Assembly (NCBI RefSeq): GCF_013315695.1
Contig: NZ_CP054353.1
From: Escherichia coli
GTDB taxonomy: Bacteria; Pseudomonadota; Gammaproteobacteria; Enterobacterales; Enterobacteriaceae
Strand: one strand, 5' to 3'
DNA: 64,000 nt
Each line of letters starts with the position of its first letter. The stretch's first letter is position 1. The translations under genes were made by a program, and so were the position numbers. Positions 33,580 to 42,481 of the stretch are shown here, piece after piece. The notes under the pieces are model-generated. The model had not been told where the DNA came from and made no database searches. It saw only the letters and a list, made by a program, of their open reading frames with translations.

Positions 33580-33693
33580 ATTTTCTCCCGGCATCCTGAA
33601 TATTACATAGAGAGCATAAAAAAAGCACGGTAAAGGGTCTACCGTGCTCTTATACAATAAGGAGATTTTTGAAAGGACTTTAACAAGCAGGAA

Positions 33694-34092
33694 TTATCTG
33701 GATTTGTTAACGTCTTTCGTCTCCTCTGGCAGATCTTCATCAAACAACCTGCCCTGCATCCGATCCAGTTCTTCTTTTCTGACCCGCTTAACCACGCTGT
33801 AGACCCACTGAAGCGAAACACCAAAATTGCGGGCCAGTTCGTGGTGGTTGCGTCCGTTAAACTCCCTGAAGATTTCCCGGTCGCGCTGACTGACCTTCCA
33901 TACCATGCCCATCGGGAAATAAACGTTTTGCCCGCCCCAGACCTGCATCATTCGGTTCGCGACGGCCTGACCAATCTGGTCGGCAATTGCGGGCTCAATA
34001 TCAATAATCTCGCGAACGGTCTCAGAGGTATGCTGTGCCAGTTCCACCAGGAGTTCCGGCCCTTTACTTCGAAACTGATTCAGGTCGCTCAT
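33694..34092 (-). CDS. mor: Mor/C-family transcriptional activator (middle/late gene activator)
   Basis: 132 aa; C-terminal HTH ...ELARNFGVSLQWVYSVVKR... typical of the Mu Mor/C family. Confidence 0.7.
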   Translation of the reverse strand: MSDLNQFRSKGPELLVELAQHTSETVREIIDIEPAIADQIGQAVANRMMQVWGGQNVYFPMGMVWKVSQRDREIFREFNGRNHHELARNFGVSLQWVYSVVKRVRKEELDRMQGRLFDEDLPEETKDVNKSR

Positions 34093-34555
34093 GTTTTACT
34101 CCCGCAGCTCTGCGCTGCCACTTCTTCAGTTTCTCAATAACACTGCTTGCCTGTTCAGTATTGAGCCAGCGCAGGGCGCTGATGCCCGTTTCCCGCTTGA
34201 TCCACCGCGCTAATGCATTTTCTGAACGGTCACGAACAATGCCGGCAGCAGCCATTTCAAGCCATAGCGCACGGATTTTCCTGGACTGCGGATGGTTATC
34301 CAGCGGTAAACCGGAGCTGGCTTTTCTGGCAGGCTTAACGCGAAAGCCTTTCCTTTTCATGGATTCCAGCACGCAGTTTAGTTGTGTGGTATCCATTCCT
34401 TTGGTTGAGGCTTTACCGGTCAGCCCCTGTAACATCTGGCGGTAGGTGTCTTCATCCATACCCAGTTCATTACGGGCAATATGAATGAGCTGGATAAGAC
34501 GTTGTTTAGTCATCATCGTTGCTCCTTTTACCTGCGCCACCGATATAATCGACAT
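34064..34555 (-). CDS. gemA: GemA-like protein (Mu gp16 family, DUF1018)
   Basis: 163 aa; similarity to Mu GemA/gp16-type proteins. Confidence 0.65.
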   Translation of the reverse strand: MSIISVAQVKGATMMTKQRLIQLIHIARNELGMDEDTYRQMLQGLTGKASTKGMDTTQLNCVLESMKRKGFRVKPARKASSGLPLDNHPQSRKIRALWLEMAAAGIVRDRSENALARWIKRETGISALRWLNTEQASSVIEKLKKWQRRAAGVKHERPESVSK

Positions 34556-34877
34556 ATAAAGGAAGCGCCACAGGCCAGCACAGGAACATCACCGACCAGC
34601 TAATCCAGTAGCCGGCACCACTGTAACGTGAATAAAACCCTGAACGGCGGTGCAGTTCAGCAGTACACCAACCGACAAAACAATACCAGAACAGGGCACA
34701 TACAACAGATTCAGCCGTCATTCTGAATATCCCCCCAACTGATATGAATATTACGGGCAGCAATGACAGGGTCGTTATTCCACCATGCACCTGACATGTA
34801 TTTTTCAACCTGTTCGCGTCCGGCAATAACACCAATTGTGATCCCCGGCCTGACGTTCTTAAAAAAGGCGCGGGCAA
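34506..34877 (-). CDS. Hypothetical small membrane protein (real start probably the internal Met, about 71 aa)
   Basis: Hydrophobic ORF in the early-operon orientation overlapping the gemA 5' end. Confidence 0.3.
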   Translation of the reverse strand: MPAPFLRTSGRGSQLVLLPDANRLKNTCQVHGGITTLSLLPVIFISVGGIFRMTAESVVCALFWYCFVGWCTAELHRRSGFYSRYSGAGYWISWSVMFLCWPVALPLYVDYIGGAGKRSNDDD

Positions 34878-34937
34878 AAAGGTATCTGGCAGATATTCGG
34901 CAGGCTTTTAATTTCCGGCTGTTACCTGATAGCGTAA

Positions 34938-35657
34938 TCATCTGGCCTCCAGTTTCTGTTGTTCCTGCCCACTGACCGGGCGGTGCAGTCTGACGTTCTG
35001 CCCTTCACGAAACCCCGCATAGCGCGAGGCGTCGCCATTGCGGCTTCTTCCCGGTTTACGCGCCCTGGTGGTTTGCGTCTGCGGGTATTTATGTTCCAGC
35101 CACTGCTGCATCAGTTCACGCTCATCATCGGTCAGGGCAAAGGACTGTATTTCACTGATAACGGCCAGCACCCAGCCTTCGGCAAACTGGTCTCCACGGC
35201 TGGTGCGGGTGGCGGTTTTTATTCTTTTGTTCTGTGCACTGATATACTGCTGACGCGCCTTTTTCAGCTGACGGGCCAGCACTTCCCAGGTGTATGCAGC
35301 CAGTGCCGCACGTTCCCGGTTGCCGTAGAACCCCACAGACGGGTGCGTGCCGGGGTGAATGATGGAGTTAACACCAAATACCTCGCGGATGATGTTCATC
35401 AGGCCCAGCATGTAGCGCGGTGGACGGAGACTGCCTGTCGGCCAGTAGTGACTGATGGTTTCATCAATATCACTCATAGCAATGTCGGAATGTGTGATGC
35501 CGTGAACATCCATCAGTTTACGGGCTCGGCGCAGTGCCAGAGCGGCCTCGTGCGGGTTGCCGGATGCGGCCAGCGCCAGCAACTTTTTCAGTTTCTCAAT
35601 GTGTTTATTCTGGTCTGTCATTGTTCTGTATCTCCGGTATTTTTCTGCCGTTTCCAT
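34938..35657 (-). CDS. DUF2786-like early protein
   Basis: 239 aa; N-terminal KLLALAASGNPHEAALALRRARKLM motif typical of this Mu-like prophage family. Confidence 0.5.
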   Translation of the reverse strand: METAEKYRRYRTMTDQNKHIEKLKKLLALAASGNPHEAALALRRARKLMDVHGITHSDIAMSDIDETISHYWPTGSLRPPRYMLGLMNIIREVFGVNSIIHPGTHPSVGFYGNRERAALAAYTWEVLARQLKKARQQYISAQNKRIKTATRTSRGDQFAEGWVLAVISEIQSFALTDDERELMQQWLEHKYPQTQTTRARKPGRSRNGDASRYAGFREGQNVRLHRPVSGQEQQKLEAR

Positions 35658-35833
35658 GCCCGGACAGCGTCGGACAGCTCTTTCAGGCTGTATGCTGCTT
35701 TAAGCTTTTCCCATAACCACTGTGTTGTTATGTGCATCAGCAGGGCAGCCAGGGCTGCCCCCGCACTGAGGCATGTCGCCAGGCCAGTAAGAATCAGTGT
35801 CCATGCGGTGATTTCCCTGAGTATGTCAGCCAT
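35618..35833 (-). CDS. Hypothetical small membrane protein (71 aa)
   Basis: One TM segment; in operon orientation. Confidence 0.4.
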   Translation of the reverse strand: MADILREITAWTLILTGLATCLSAGAALAALLMHITTQWLWEKLKAAYSLKELSDAVRAWKRQKNTGDTEQ

Positions 35834-35847
35834 TGAATGCCTCCCGG

Positions 35848-36144
35848 TTACTCGTTCGTGTAAATCACGCCCAGTCGTGCAGCCAGACGTTCCAGTTTTT
35901 TCTGTTTGTGGAAGTCAATCAGCCGGTCCATCCCCTGAAGGCGCAGTTGCTCTGTCATGATTTCCACGTCTGCCAGCTCTGCCGCGAGGTCACTTTCGCT
36001 GCCCTGTCCGTTCAGGTTGCGGGCGGCACTGGCCGCCAGTTCAGCGGCCTCTTCTGCCAGTTTCAGGGCCTGTGCGTCCGGCCCGAAACGCTGCAGGGCC
36101 AGACGGTAGAGGGCGGTGCGGGTGAGTTCGGTGTTTCGTGTCAT
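35848..36144 (-). CDS. Small MazG-like nucleotide pyrophosphohydrolase domain protein
   Basis: 98 aa; ...LKLAEEAAELAASAA...ELADVEIMTEQL... resembles the MazG/HisE-type helical NTP-PPase core. Confidence 0.5.
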   Translation of the reverse strand: MTRNTELTRTALYRLALQRFGPDAQALKLAEEAAELAASAARNLNGQGSESDLAAELADVEIMTEQLRLQGMDRLIDFHKQKKLERLAARLGVIYTNE

Positions 36145-36153
36145 GCCGCGCCC

Positions 36154-36426
36154 TCAGTGCTTCCGGCTGACGGTGATGTGCAGGCCGCCTTCTGCAGTGG
36201 TTTCCATCCGGTACGGCACCTCATGCTCTGCCGTGTGGGTGAGTGTGTTCATCAGTACCTGCAGGGCAGCCTCCTTTCCGTTGGTCGCCACAATGGCCTG
36301 TGTGGCCATGCTGATTAGCGCCGTCAGGACGTGATTCACATCGGTGAGGTCGCGGCATTCACACTCGTTGACATAGTGTTCAACAAGGGTTCGGGTGCGC
36401 TGTCGTGCTTCCTGTGGGGTAATCAT
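36154..36426 (-). CDS. Hypothetical protein (90 aa)
   Basis: ORF in early-operon orientation, compact spacing. Confidence 0.4.
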   Translation of the reverse strand: MITPQEARQRTRTLVEHYVNECECRDLTDVNHVLTALISMATQAIVATNGKEAALQVLMNTLTHTAEHEVPYRMETTAEGGLHITVSRKH

Positions 36427-36617
36427 TGCGCGTCCTCCCTGTCAGGGCGGGAGAATTCCATGACGGGCACGTCCGCCGAAAAATGCTGGCTGCAGTACGG
36501 GCAGACCAGGGTGACACGTACTGCAGGTATGTGATACTTACCGGACATCACGGCGATGGCGCTGTGAAAACGCAGGGCTGTTATATCCCTCTCGCACTGA
36601 ATACATTTAAATATCAT
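36423..36617 (-). CDS. Small zinc-ribbon protein
   Basis: 64 aa with CxxC (CIQC) ... CPYC motifs. Confidence 0.45.
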   Translation of the reverse strand: MIFKCIQCERDITALRFHSAIAVMSGKYHIPAVRVTLVCPYCSQHFSADVPVMEFSRPDREDAQ

Positions 36618-36714
36618 AATTTAATTCTCCTCTGTTTCCGGCGTGCAGAAGCCCACGGCGCTGACGCCGGAATAAAAAAGAAAATGTTTTTATTAAATAA
36701 TTAACGTGGTGTGT

Positions 36715-37245
36715 TTACTGCACATCCTGCTCAAAAGGAATTATTGAAAAATCCTCAATGTCGCTTTTAATGGAAATACCGGGAATATTTTTCACGGCCT
36801 CTTTTTCATTCAGAATGGCATCTTTATTTATTTCCTCCTTTACACGAATAAAGCGCTCAAGCCCCAGACGTCTCAGCAGTTCAATGACATTATCCGCCCC
36901 GCGAATGCTGACTGACGGCGGACGGTTTCGCCACTGCACCTCGCCGGTGGTGAGGTTAGCGAACTTCACCTTCCCGTTGCCGGTCAGTTCATCACGGTGC
37001 GCCTCACACCATGTCTGGATACCGGACTGCAGTTCGGCCATGCGTTTTTTCAGGCTCTCGGTGAGCGGGGCATAACGTGCAGTGATGTCGCCAATGGTGT
37101 CATTCATTTCTGTTTCAGCCCTGACCAGTTCACGTTGCGCGTCACCAAGCAGTCTGATTCCCTCAATGACCTCTTCGCGTGTCCCCGGCACCCAGAGTGC
37201 TGCTGCGGCTTTGATACGTTTTGCCCCTTTTGTACTTTTTGCCAT
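36715..37245 (-). CDS. gam: Host-nuclease inhibitor Gam (Mu Gam / Ku-like)
   Basis: 176 aa; near-colinear with Mu Gam (MAK...KRIK.AAA...ETEMND...GKVK.ANL.TG.V.WR.RPPSVSIRG...FIR.K.EINK.AIL...EDFSIIPFEQ). Confidence 0.95.
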   Translation of the reverse strand: MAKSTKGAKRIKAAAALWVPGTREEVIEGIRLLGDAQRELVRAETEMNDTIGDITARYAPLTESLKKRMAELQSGIQTWCEAHRDELTGNGKVKFANLTTGEVQWRNRPPSVSIRGADNVIELLRRLGLERFIRVKEEINKDAILNEKEAVKNIPGISIKSDIEDFSIIPFEQDVQ

Positions 37246-37272
37246 ATTTTATGACTCCTCCTGTTGTGCTGA

Positions 37273-37542
37273 TTACCACAAAGATTCCGGCCACACGACG
37301 CGACAGCCGTGCAGTTCGAAAACGCCCTGACGGAAATATCCCCTGTGGTCATGTCCGGTATACAGATAACAGGCCTTTCCCTGCTCAAGCATGCGCATGC
37401 AATGCGCACTCCGGGAAACGCGGATGACAGGTTTGTTACCCCTGATGGTGATGCTTTGTACATCCGTGTTCGTCGCCTTAAGCGCCATAATGGCTGACTG
37501 CACTTTGCTGATTTGCTGGTTGATACCTGTGGTGGATTTCAT
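37273..37542 (-). CDS. Hypothetical protein (89 aa) in the kil-region position
   Basis: ORF between B and gam. Confidence 0.4.
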   Translation of the reverse strand: MKSTTGINQQISKVQSAIMALKATNTDVQSITIRGNKPVIRVSRSAHCMRMLEQGKACYLYTGHDHRGYFRQGVFELHGCRVVWPESLW

Positions 37543-37544
37543 TA

Positions 37545-38711
37545 TTAAACCCCTTTGACAACGTCAGCGTTGACCTGTGGAACCCCGATTTCAGCGGCCA
37601 GATTCATGGCGGCTATCACCAGGTTACTGACGGCCAGCGGATACAGCAGGCTGACCATATTTTTACGATGACTTCCCGGATTGCTCAGGCGGGCACGTAT
37701 GGCATCCACTGCGCTGGCGTCCATAATGTCCGTCAGTTGTTTACCGGCCCGTTGCAGTTTGAACGTCAGAAATTCTTCAAGGTTATTGTCCAGAGGCAGA
37801 AGTTCGACCACCTCACAACGCTGAACGACTTCACGGACTTCCATATTGCGTTCAGACAGTTTTGTCGCCAGTTCCGGCTGGCCAATCAGCACGATGGACA
37901 GCAGTTTTTTGAAACCGGACTCCAGCTCAAAAAAGCGTTTGAGGTGTTTCAGTGTCGGAATGGGCAGACTGTGGGCCTCCTCAATCACCAAAACGTGGCT
38001 GAACCCCGCCTGGCTGCTGTCTTTCAGGACGCGATGCAACTGGCGAAAGCGGGCGTCCTGACTGCGTCTGATGCTTTCCAGTGGTGCGATGGTACTGATA
38101 ATGGCTTCGGCAATCGCTGCTGCCTTCAGGGTTTTCCCTTTCACATCGTTGTCTTCCATAGCGATGATGTATGGCTCGATAACAATTACCGGCGCATTCT
38201 CGCGGTTGATACGTTCAGTCAGGTCGCGGCGCAGCGTGGATTTACCCGCACCGGACTCACCGATGACGGCCATAAACCCACCATGACGGGCTGTCTGGTA
38301 CAACGCCTCACGCACGTAGCGAATGTCCGGGGTGGTGAACACATCATCAGAACCCTGCATGGCTTCATCGGCGAACGGGTCACGGAAAAGACCAAACGCT
38401 TTTTTGGTTGCTGGAAATAACACCTGTTTTTTGAGTAACATATTCTCTTCCTCACTGAGGCTCGTTTTATCTGTGGTACCCGCTGTACGGGGCGTGGCTG
38501 CGCCCTGTACAGCATCAAAACTCTTCGTTGTATCAATCCCCTGACTTTCCAGCCAGGACGCAAGACGCCGGCGCACTTCTCCGGGGCTGGTGCGGGGCCA
38601 CGCGTTATGATTCACAATCTGGGCCAGCGTGGCCTCAGAAACATCGACAGCTCTCGCCACCACCGCCTGTGGGATACGGGCCTCTTTCAGTTGCTGCTTC
38701 AGTACCAGCAT
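37545..38711 (-). CDS. B: Transposition ATPase B-like (AAA+, TniB/ExeA-type Walker A GESGAGKST)
   Basis: 388 aa from ATG 38711 preceded by GAGGAGG; N-terminal HTH-like segment, central P-loop ATPase; immediately downstream of transposase. Confidence 0.7.
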   Translation of the reverse strand: MLVLKQQLKEARIPQAVVARAVDVSEATLAQIVNHNAWPRTSPGEVRRRLASWLESQGIDTTKSFDAVQGAATPRTAGTTDKTSLSEEENMLLKKQVLFPATKKAFGLFRDPFADEAMQGSDDVFTTPDIRYVREALYQTARHGGFMAVIGESGAGKSTLRRDLTERINRENAPVIVIEPYIIAMEDNDVKGKTLKAAAIAEAIISTIAPLESIRRSQDARFRQLHRVLKDSSQAGFSHVLVIEEAHSLPIPTLKHLKRFFELESGFKKLLSIVLIGQPELATKLSERNMEVREVVQRCEVVELLPLDNNLEEFLTFKLQRAGKQLTDIMDASAVDAIRARLSNPGSHRKNMVSLLYPLAVSNLVIAAMNLAAEIGVPQVNADVVKGV

Positions 38712-38721
38712 GTTTTCCTCC

Positions 38722-40491
38722 TCAGTTGCCGTTAACAATGCTGATAACACTGCTGCGTGCCGGCGTGGTCAGCGTGGCCATGACTTCATCCAGTGCAGCT
38801 TCCGGTACGCCGTCCGGGTACTGTGCCGTTAACTGGCGGTAATGTTCCGGCGTCCAGGTAAGGCCGTCGGCGCTGAACTTATCGCGCAGGGCTTTCGCGG
38901 CCTCCACATGAGTCATGGGACGTTGTTCAGTGCGCGGCCCGCGTACGTCAGAGGCCTGACCACGCTTCGGCATATAGGCCGGAAGTGTGGTGTCGTCGAT
39001 ATGTTTATACGGGTCAAGCCGCCCGCCGAACGGCAGCGCCTTCGCCTTGCGTGCGGCGGCTGCATCTGCGGCGTTGTCTGTACCGGTAACCAGCGCTTCA
39101 GTTTCTTTTGCCGCCATCTGTGCCGAGGTTTCCGGCAGGGCTTTGTAACTTTCGCCAAATACCGCCGCGCCTTCAGCAAAGCCAAACTCGTTCTTTCTGA
39201 CCTCTTCGACCAGGAAGAACGTCTCGTGGCCGTCCTCACCGGTCAGAACCACCTGTGCCACATCGCTGCGCCATGGGTTACGGGTAATCATCAGTTTTTC
39301 ACCAACCAGTACGCCCGGTACCGTTGATACGTCAAATTCAGTGCCCCGGAACGAGACACGAAGTTTTGGCGTGACTTTGCGGAGTTCTGGTGCCGCCACA
39401 GCCAGTTCACGACATACCTCAACGGAAGGCGCTTTTTTCAGCTGCTCAGCAGTAATCTTCAGCCAGATATCCGTGCGGGTTTTACCGTGGCGGCTGTGAA
39501 CAGCCGTGGCGTTAAAGTGGCTGCGCCATTTCGCGGCCAGCGCGTTGAGTTCTTCCAGACTGTGAACCGGCCGGAACTTCAGCCCCGGCTCCAGCTTGCG
39601 TTCGATAATGTCACGCGCCTTTTCCACCTGTCCGGTGGCGCGGGCGTTATGCGGCTTGTGCGCTATCAGGTCGATGCCCAGTGAGCGGCACATGTTTTTC
39701 GTCATACCCGCGGTGTTTGCCGAGCCGGGGTCGAGATAGAGTATTTTCGGCACGCCGTGCAGCACGTCTGCGCCGCCACGCTCCTGCATGGCGTTGATAA
39801 GCACAGAGCACAGGTTCTCACCTGATTCCGCGCCCGTCACATACTCAACGTAAATCCAGCCGCTGGCATGGTCGGTAATCTCGTAACTCCACACGCGGTC
39901 ACTGGCGATACGGGCAAGGTTAGCGGGCTTGTTCTTGTAGAACTTCGCGCTGTCCATCACCTGCAGCCCTTTATGTCCATTGCTCAGGTAGTAAAGCGTG
40001 CAGAGTGAGGCGTCAATCTGCCAGACATGATTGGGATGCAGACTGGCCACTTCGGTATGTGGTGCAGGGGCATCCAGTTGTTCCGGGTGCAGGCCATAGT
40101 TACGCAGAGCACGGCTGATGGCATCTTCAGACAACGGGAAAAACTCACTGGTGGTTTCATCTGTTCTGCCTGCGGTGATAAAGCCGTTAGCCCGCAGGGT
40201 TTCCACTGCATCTGCGATGGAATAGAGACGCTTACCGTTCTTGCGGGTGGCCTCACGCAGTGTGGCAGATATCAGCGCGGCTTCGTCGCGGGTCAGGGCG
40301 CTGCGCCCGGCATCGGCGCGTTTTTTGCGTTTATCAGTCACAGAGACCTCCTTCAGCCTGCGCAGCAGAGTGGCGCGGGACATGCCAAGTTCAGCACAGG
40401 CAGCGTCGTATATTGCACCGCGTTTACCATGCCCCGCGTCACGTGCCGCGCGGGCGACATAAACCAGTCGTTCAGTCAGGGCAGCATTCAT
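38722..40491 (-). CDS. A: DDE transposase (Mu A-like, integrase-fold catalytic core)
   Basis: 589 aa; N-terminal HTH, central core with HVWQIDASL-type first Asp region, C-terminal domain. Confidence 0.75.
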   Translation of the reverse strand: MNAALTERLVYVARAARDAGHGKRGAIYDAACAELGMSRATLLRRLKEVSVTDKRKKRADAGRSALTRDEAALISATLREATRKNGKRLYSIADAVETLRANGFITAGRTDETTSEFFPLSEDAISRALRNYGLHPEQLDAPAPHTEVASLHPNHVWQIDASLCTLYYLSNGHKGLQVMDSAKFYKNKPANLARIASDRVWSYEITDHASGWIYVEYVTGAESGENLCSVLINAMQERGGADVLHGVPKILYLDPGSANTAGMTKNMCRSLGIDLIAHKPHNARATGQVEKARDIIERKLEPGLKFRPVHSLEELNALAAKWRSHFNATAVHSRHGKTRTDIWLKITAEQLKKAPSVEVCRELAVAAPELRKVTPKLRVSFRGTEFDVSTVPGVLVGEKLMITRNPWRSDVAQVVLTGEDGHETFFLVEEVRKNEFGFAEGAAVFGESYKALPETSAQMAAKETEALVTGTDNAADAAAARKAKALPFGGRLDPYKHIDDTTLPAYMPKRGQASDVRGPRTEQRPMTHVEAAKALRDKFSADGLTWTPEHYRQLTAQYPDGVPEAALDEVMATLTTPARSSVISIVNGN

Positions 40492-40494
40492 TGG

Positions 40495-41409
40495 TTATGC
40501 CTCCAGCCCGTTAATCTGTGGCGTCGGCTCAGTCAGCCATGAAGGCGCTGCATTGCCTGTTGGCTCGTCCGGCAGGTCAAATGTGGAGCGCAGGCTACGC
40601 GCTGTGCTTTCCAGTTGACAGACCAGGCCTGCCATGAAGTCTCTGGGGGTATCAATCATGTTTTCAGCACAATATGCGCACAGCGTCTCAAAAGCGCTGG
40701 ACAGTCGGACGGCGATAGCAGATTCCGCCTCAACCGCTAATGCTGTTACTTCCGCCCGCAGCTTCTTAACCTCCTCATCAGGCTCAGGCGGCTGAATACG
40801 GGATTTCTTCTCCAGTCTGGTGGAGAGTGAATCTATTTTTTCATTTTTGTCGGCGAGTACGCGCTGTTGTGCTGCGTTGGTTTCGCGCGCTTCGCGCAGG
40901 GCCTGACGCAATTCACGTACTGACATGCGATCAACGTCGTCAAGCGTCAGGCCGGCAACTGTGCCGCCGTCGGCCAATTCATCAAGTTCTTCATTATCCA
41001 GAACCATCAGGTCGTACAGTTTGGCTTTCCCCAAAACGCTCAACGTTGAGCGTTTTGTTGGCTCATCACCTTCTCCCAAAAACTTCATACTGGCTTGCAT
41101 CATGCGGCGAGCAACTTGTGGTGCAAGTCCGAGTTCATTTTCTAAAATGTTTGTAAAATCACCGTGTGGCTCATTTTCTTTTAAGATGATCAGCCGCTTA
41201 CCCGCTTCCAGCATAGATTCAGCACTCTGCGCCATATAAAAACGTGCTTCGTGAACAATGCGATCACGTTCATAAGGCAGTCCATCACCAAACTGCTGCA
41301 TAATTTCCATGCGATGCTGTGTCATAGCGTTCAAATTGACATTGATGTTATCTGACAGCGGAACCTCAACATTCAGTTCAGTGTTAACGGGTGATTTGGT
41401 GCGTCCCAT
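40495..41409 (-). CDS. Hypothetical coiled-coil early protein (304 aa)
   Basis: ORF between the Ner-like regulator and transposase; long acidic coiled-coil; no confident family assignment. Confidence 0.45.
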   Translation of the reverse strand: MGRTKSPVNTELNVEVPLSDNINVNLNAMTQHRMEIMQQFGDGLPYERDRIVHEARFYMAQSAESMLEAGKRLIILKENEPHGDFTNILENELGLAPQVARRMMQASMKFLGEGDEPTKRSTLSVLGKAKLYDLMVLDNEELDELADGGTVAGLTLDDVDRMSVRELRQALREARETNAAQQRVLADKNEKIDSLSTRLEKKSRIQPPEPDEEVKKLRAEVTALAVEAESAIAVRLSSAFETLCAYCAENMIDTPRDFMAGLVCQLESTARSLRSTFDLPDEPTGNAAPSWLTEPTPQINGLEA

Positions 41410-41419
41410 TGATTACTCC

Positions 41420-41728
41420 TTACAAACGACTACCTGAAATAACTCGTTGGTTGATTTCGTTAATACGATCCTGTGCACGCGCCATCTCGTGACTGTGAGC
41501 CATGGCGATCTGTAGTAACTGGATTCCCGGTGCGAAACGTCCGTTCTCTAATTTCATGGCCAGTCCCTCTTCAATAAGGGTATTAAGTGCTCGATTGATA
41601 TTCGCCGGGGACTCCCCCAGGGCTGATGCCAGTTCACCGTTAGAAACACCGTTCAGAGCATGACCGCGTAGAGCTTTGAGTACACGTAGGATGCGGGTCC
41701 CAGAACTGGAAATATTTACTTTACTCAT
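41420..41728 (-). CDS. Winged-helix DNA-binding protein (102 aa from internal Met)
   Basis: ...GELASALGESPANINRALNTLIEEGL... wHTH-like; ORF track start 41791 would overlap the upstream gene. Confidence 0.45.
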   Translation of the reverse strand: MSKVNISSSGTRILRVLKALRGHALNGVSNGELASALGESPANINRALNTLIEEGLAMKLENGRFAPGIQLLQIAMAHSHEMARAQDRINEINQRVISGSRL

Positions 41729-41780
41729 GTCACATTTCCATTTTTGCAATATGTGATAACCTGTTGCATATGTGGAAAAT

Positions 41781-41969
41781 TTATGCCGCATTTGACGTGG
41801 GTTTTAATCCCAGTTTTACGGCAATTTCATGGGCTTTGCCGTAACGAGCTTTGGTCTGTCCATTGAGAACACGATAGACCTCATTGCGGCTGTAGCCGTG
41901 TTCTTCGGCCCAGCGGGTAAACGTGATACCACGCTGACGGAAGAGATTTTTAACTTGTTCGGAAGTCAT
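41781..41969 (-). CDS. Small HTH DNA-binding protein, Ner/Cro-like early regulator
   Basis: 62 aa; first gene of the leftward early operon, divergent from the putative repressor. Confidence 0.55.
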   Translation of the reverse strand: MTSEQVKNLFRQRGITFTRWAEEHGYSRNEVYRVLNGQTKARYGKAHEIAVKLGLKPTSNAA

Positions 41970-42052
41970 TGTTGTCTCCTTTGTTGATGCAATGATGTTT
42001 GTTTTATATGTGATAGATTATGAGAACTATTGTTCTCATTGTCAATGAGGTT
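41970..42052. promoter_or_regulatory. Divergent early/immunity control region with 20-bp palindromic operator candidate ATGAGAAC-tatt-GTTCTCAT (42020-42039)
   Basis: AT-rich intergenic region between divergent regulators; perfect 8-bp inverted repeat. Confidence 0.5.
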
Positions 42053-42481
42053 TGTGTGAATTTTGATTCTCTTTGCGCGTCGCGGTTCAAAGCTGAGCGT
42101 TCGCGGTTATCACTCAAGCAGGCTGAAGTAGCAGCCCTTTGTGGCGTTTCAAGAGAAATGTGGGGGAAATATGAACGAGGGGTTGCTGTTCCCGGAGGTG
42201 AGTTACTTGCAGCCTTTGCAAGAATTGGGGCCAATGTACAGTTCATTCTTACCGGGGAGTCATCAGGTATAACTTTATCACGTGATGAAATGGAGTTACT
42301 GCAGCACTACCGGCAGGCACCATTACAGGTCAAAGGTTCAGTTTTGTCGGCCTTGACTACTGGCTCCTCCAGAGAACGGGCGGAACAGGTTATTCATGGA
42401 GATGTTCTGGGGAATGTTATCAAAGGTAACGTAACCATAGGAACAGGTGGAATAATGAACAAAAATACCAAGAGAAGATGA
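42053..42481 (+). CDS. XRE-family HTH repressor (putative prophage immunity repressor)
   Basis: HTH ...LSLKQAEVAALCGVSREMWGKYERG...; start proposed at GTG 42053 (GAGG 5 nt upstream); ORF-track ATG 42020 lies inside the palindrome. Confidence 0.6.
   Translation, partial: CVNFDSLCASRFKAERSRLSLKQAEVAALCGVSREMWGKYERGVAVPGGELLAAFARIGANVQFILTGESSGITLSRDEMELLQHYRQAPLQVKGSVLSALTTGSSRERAEQVIHGDVLGNVIKGNVTIGTGGIMNKNTKRR

Noticed and set aside
34959-35960. 333-aa plus-strand ORF across the Mu-like early region
   Set aside because: Antisense to a compact series of minus-strand genes with good spacing and RBSs; Cys/Arg-rich composition; no RBS.
37668-38420. 250-aa plus-strand ORF antisense to the B-like ATPase gene
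   Set aside because: Embedded in a gene with a clear Walker A ATPase translation on the other strand; no independent support.
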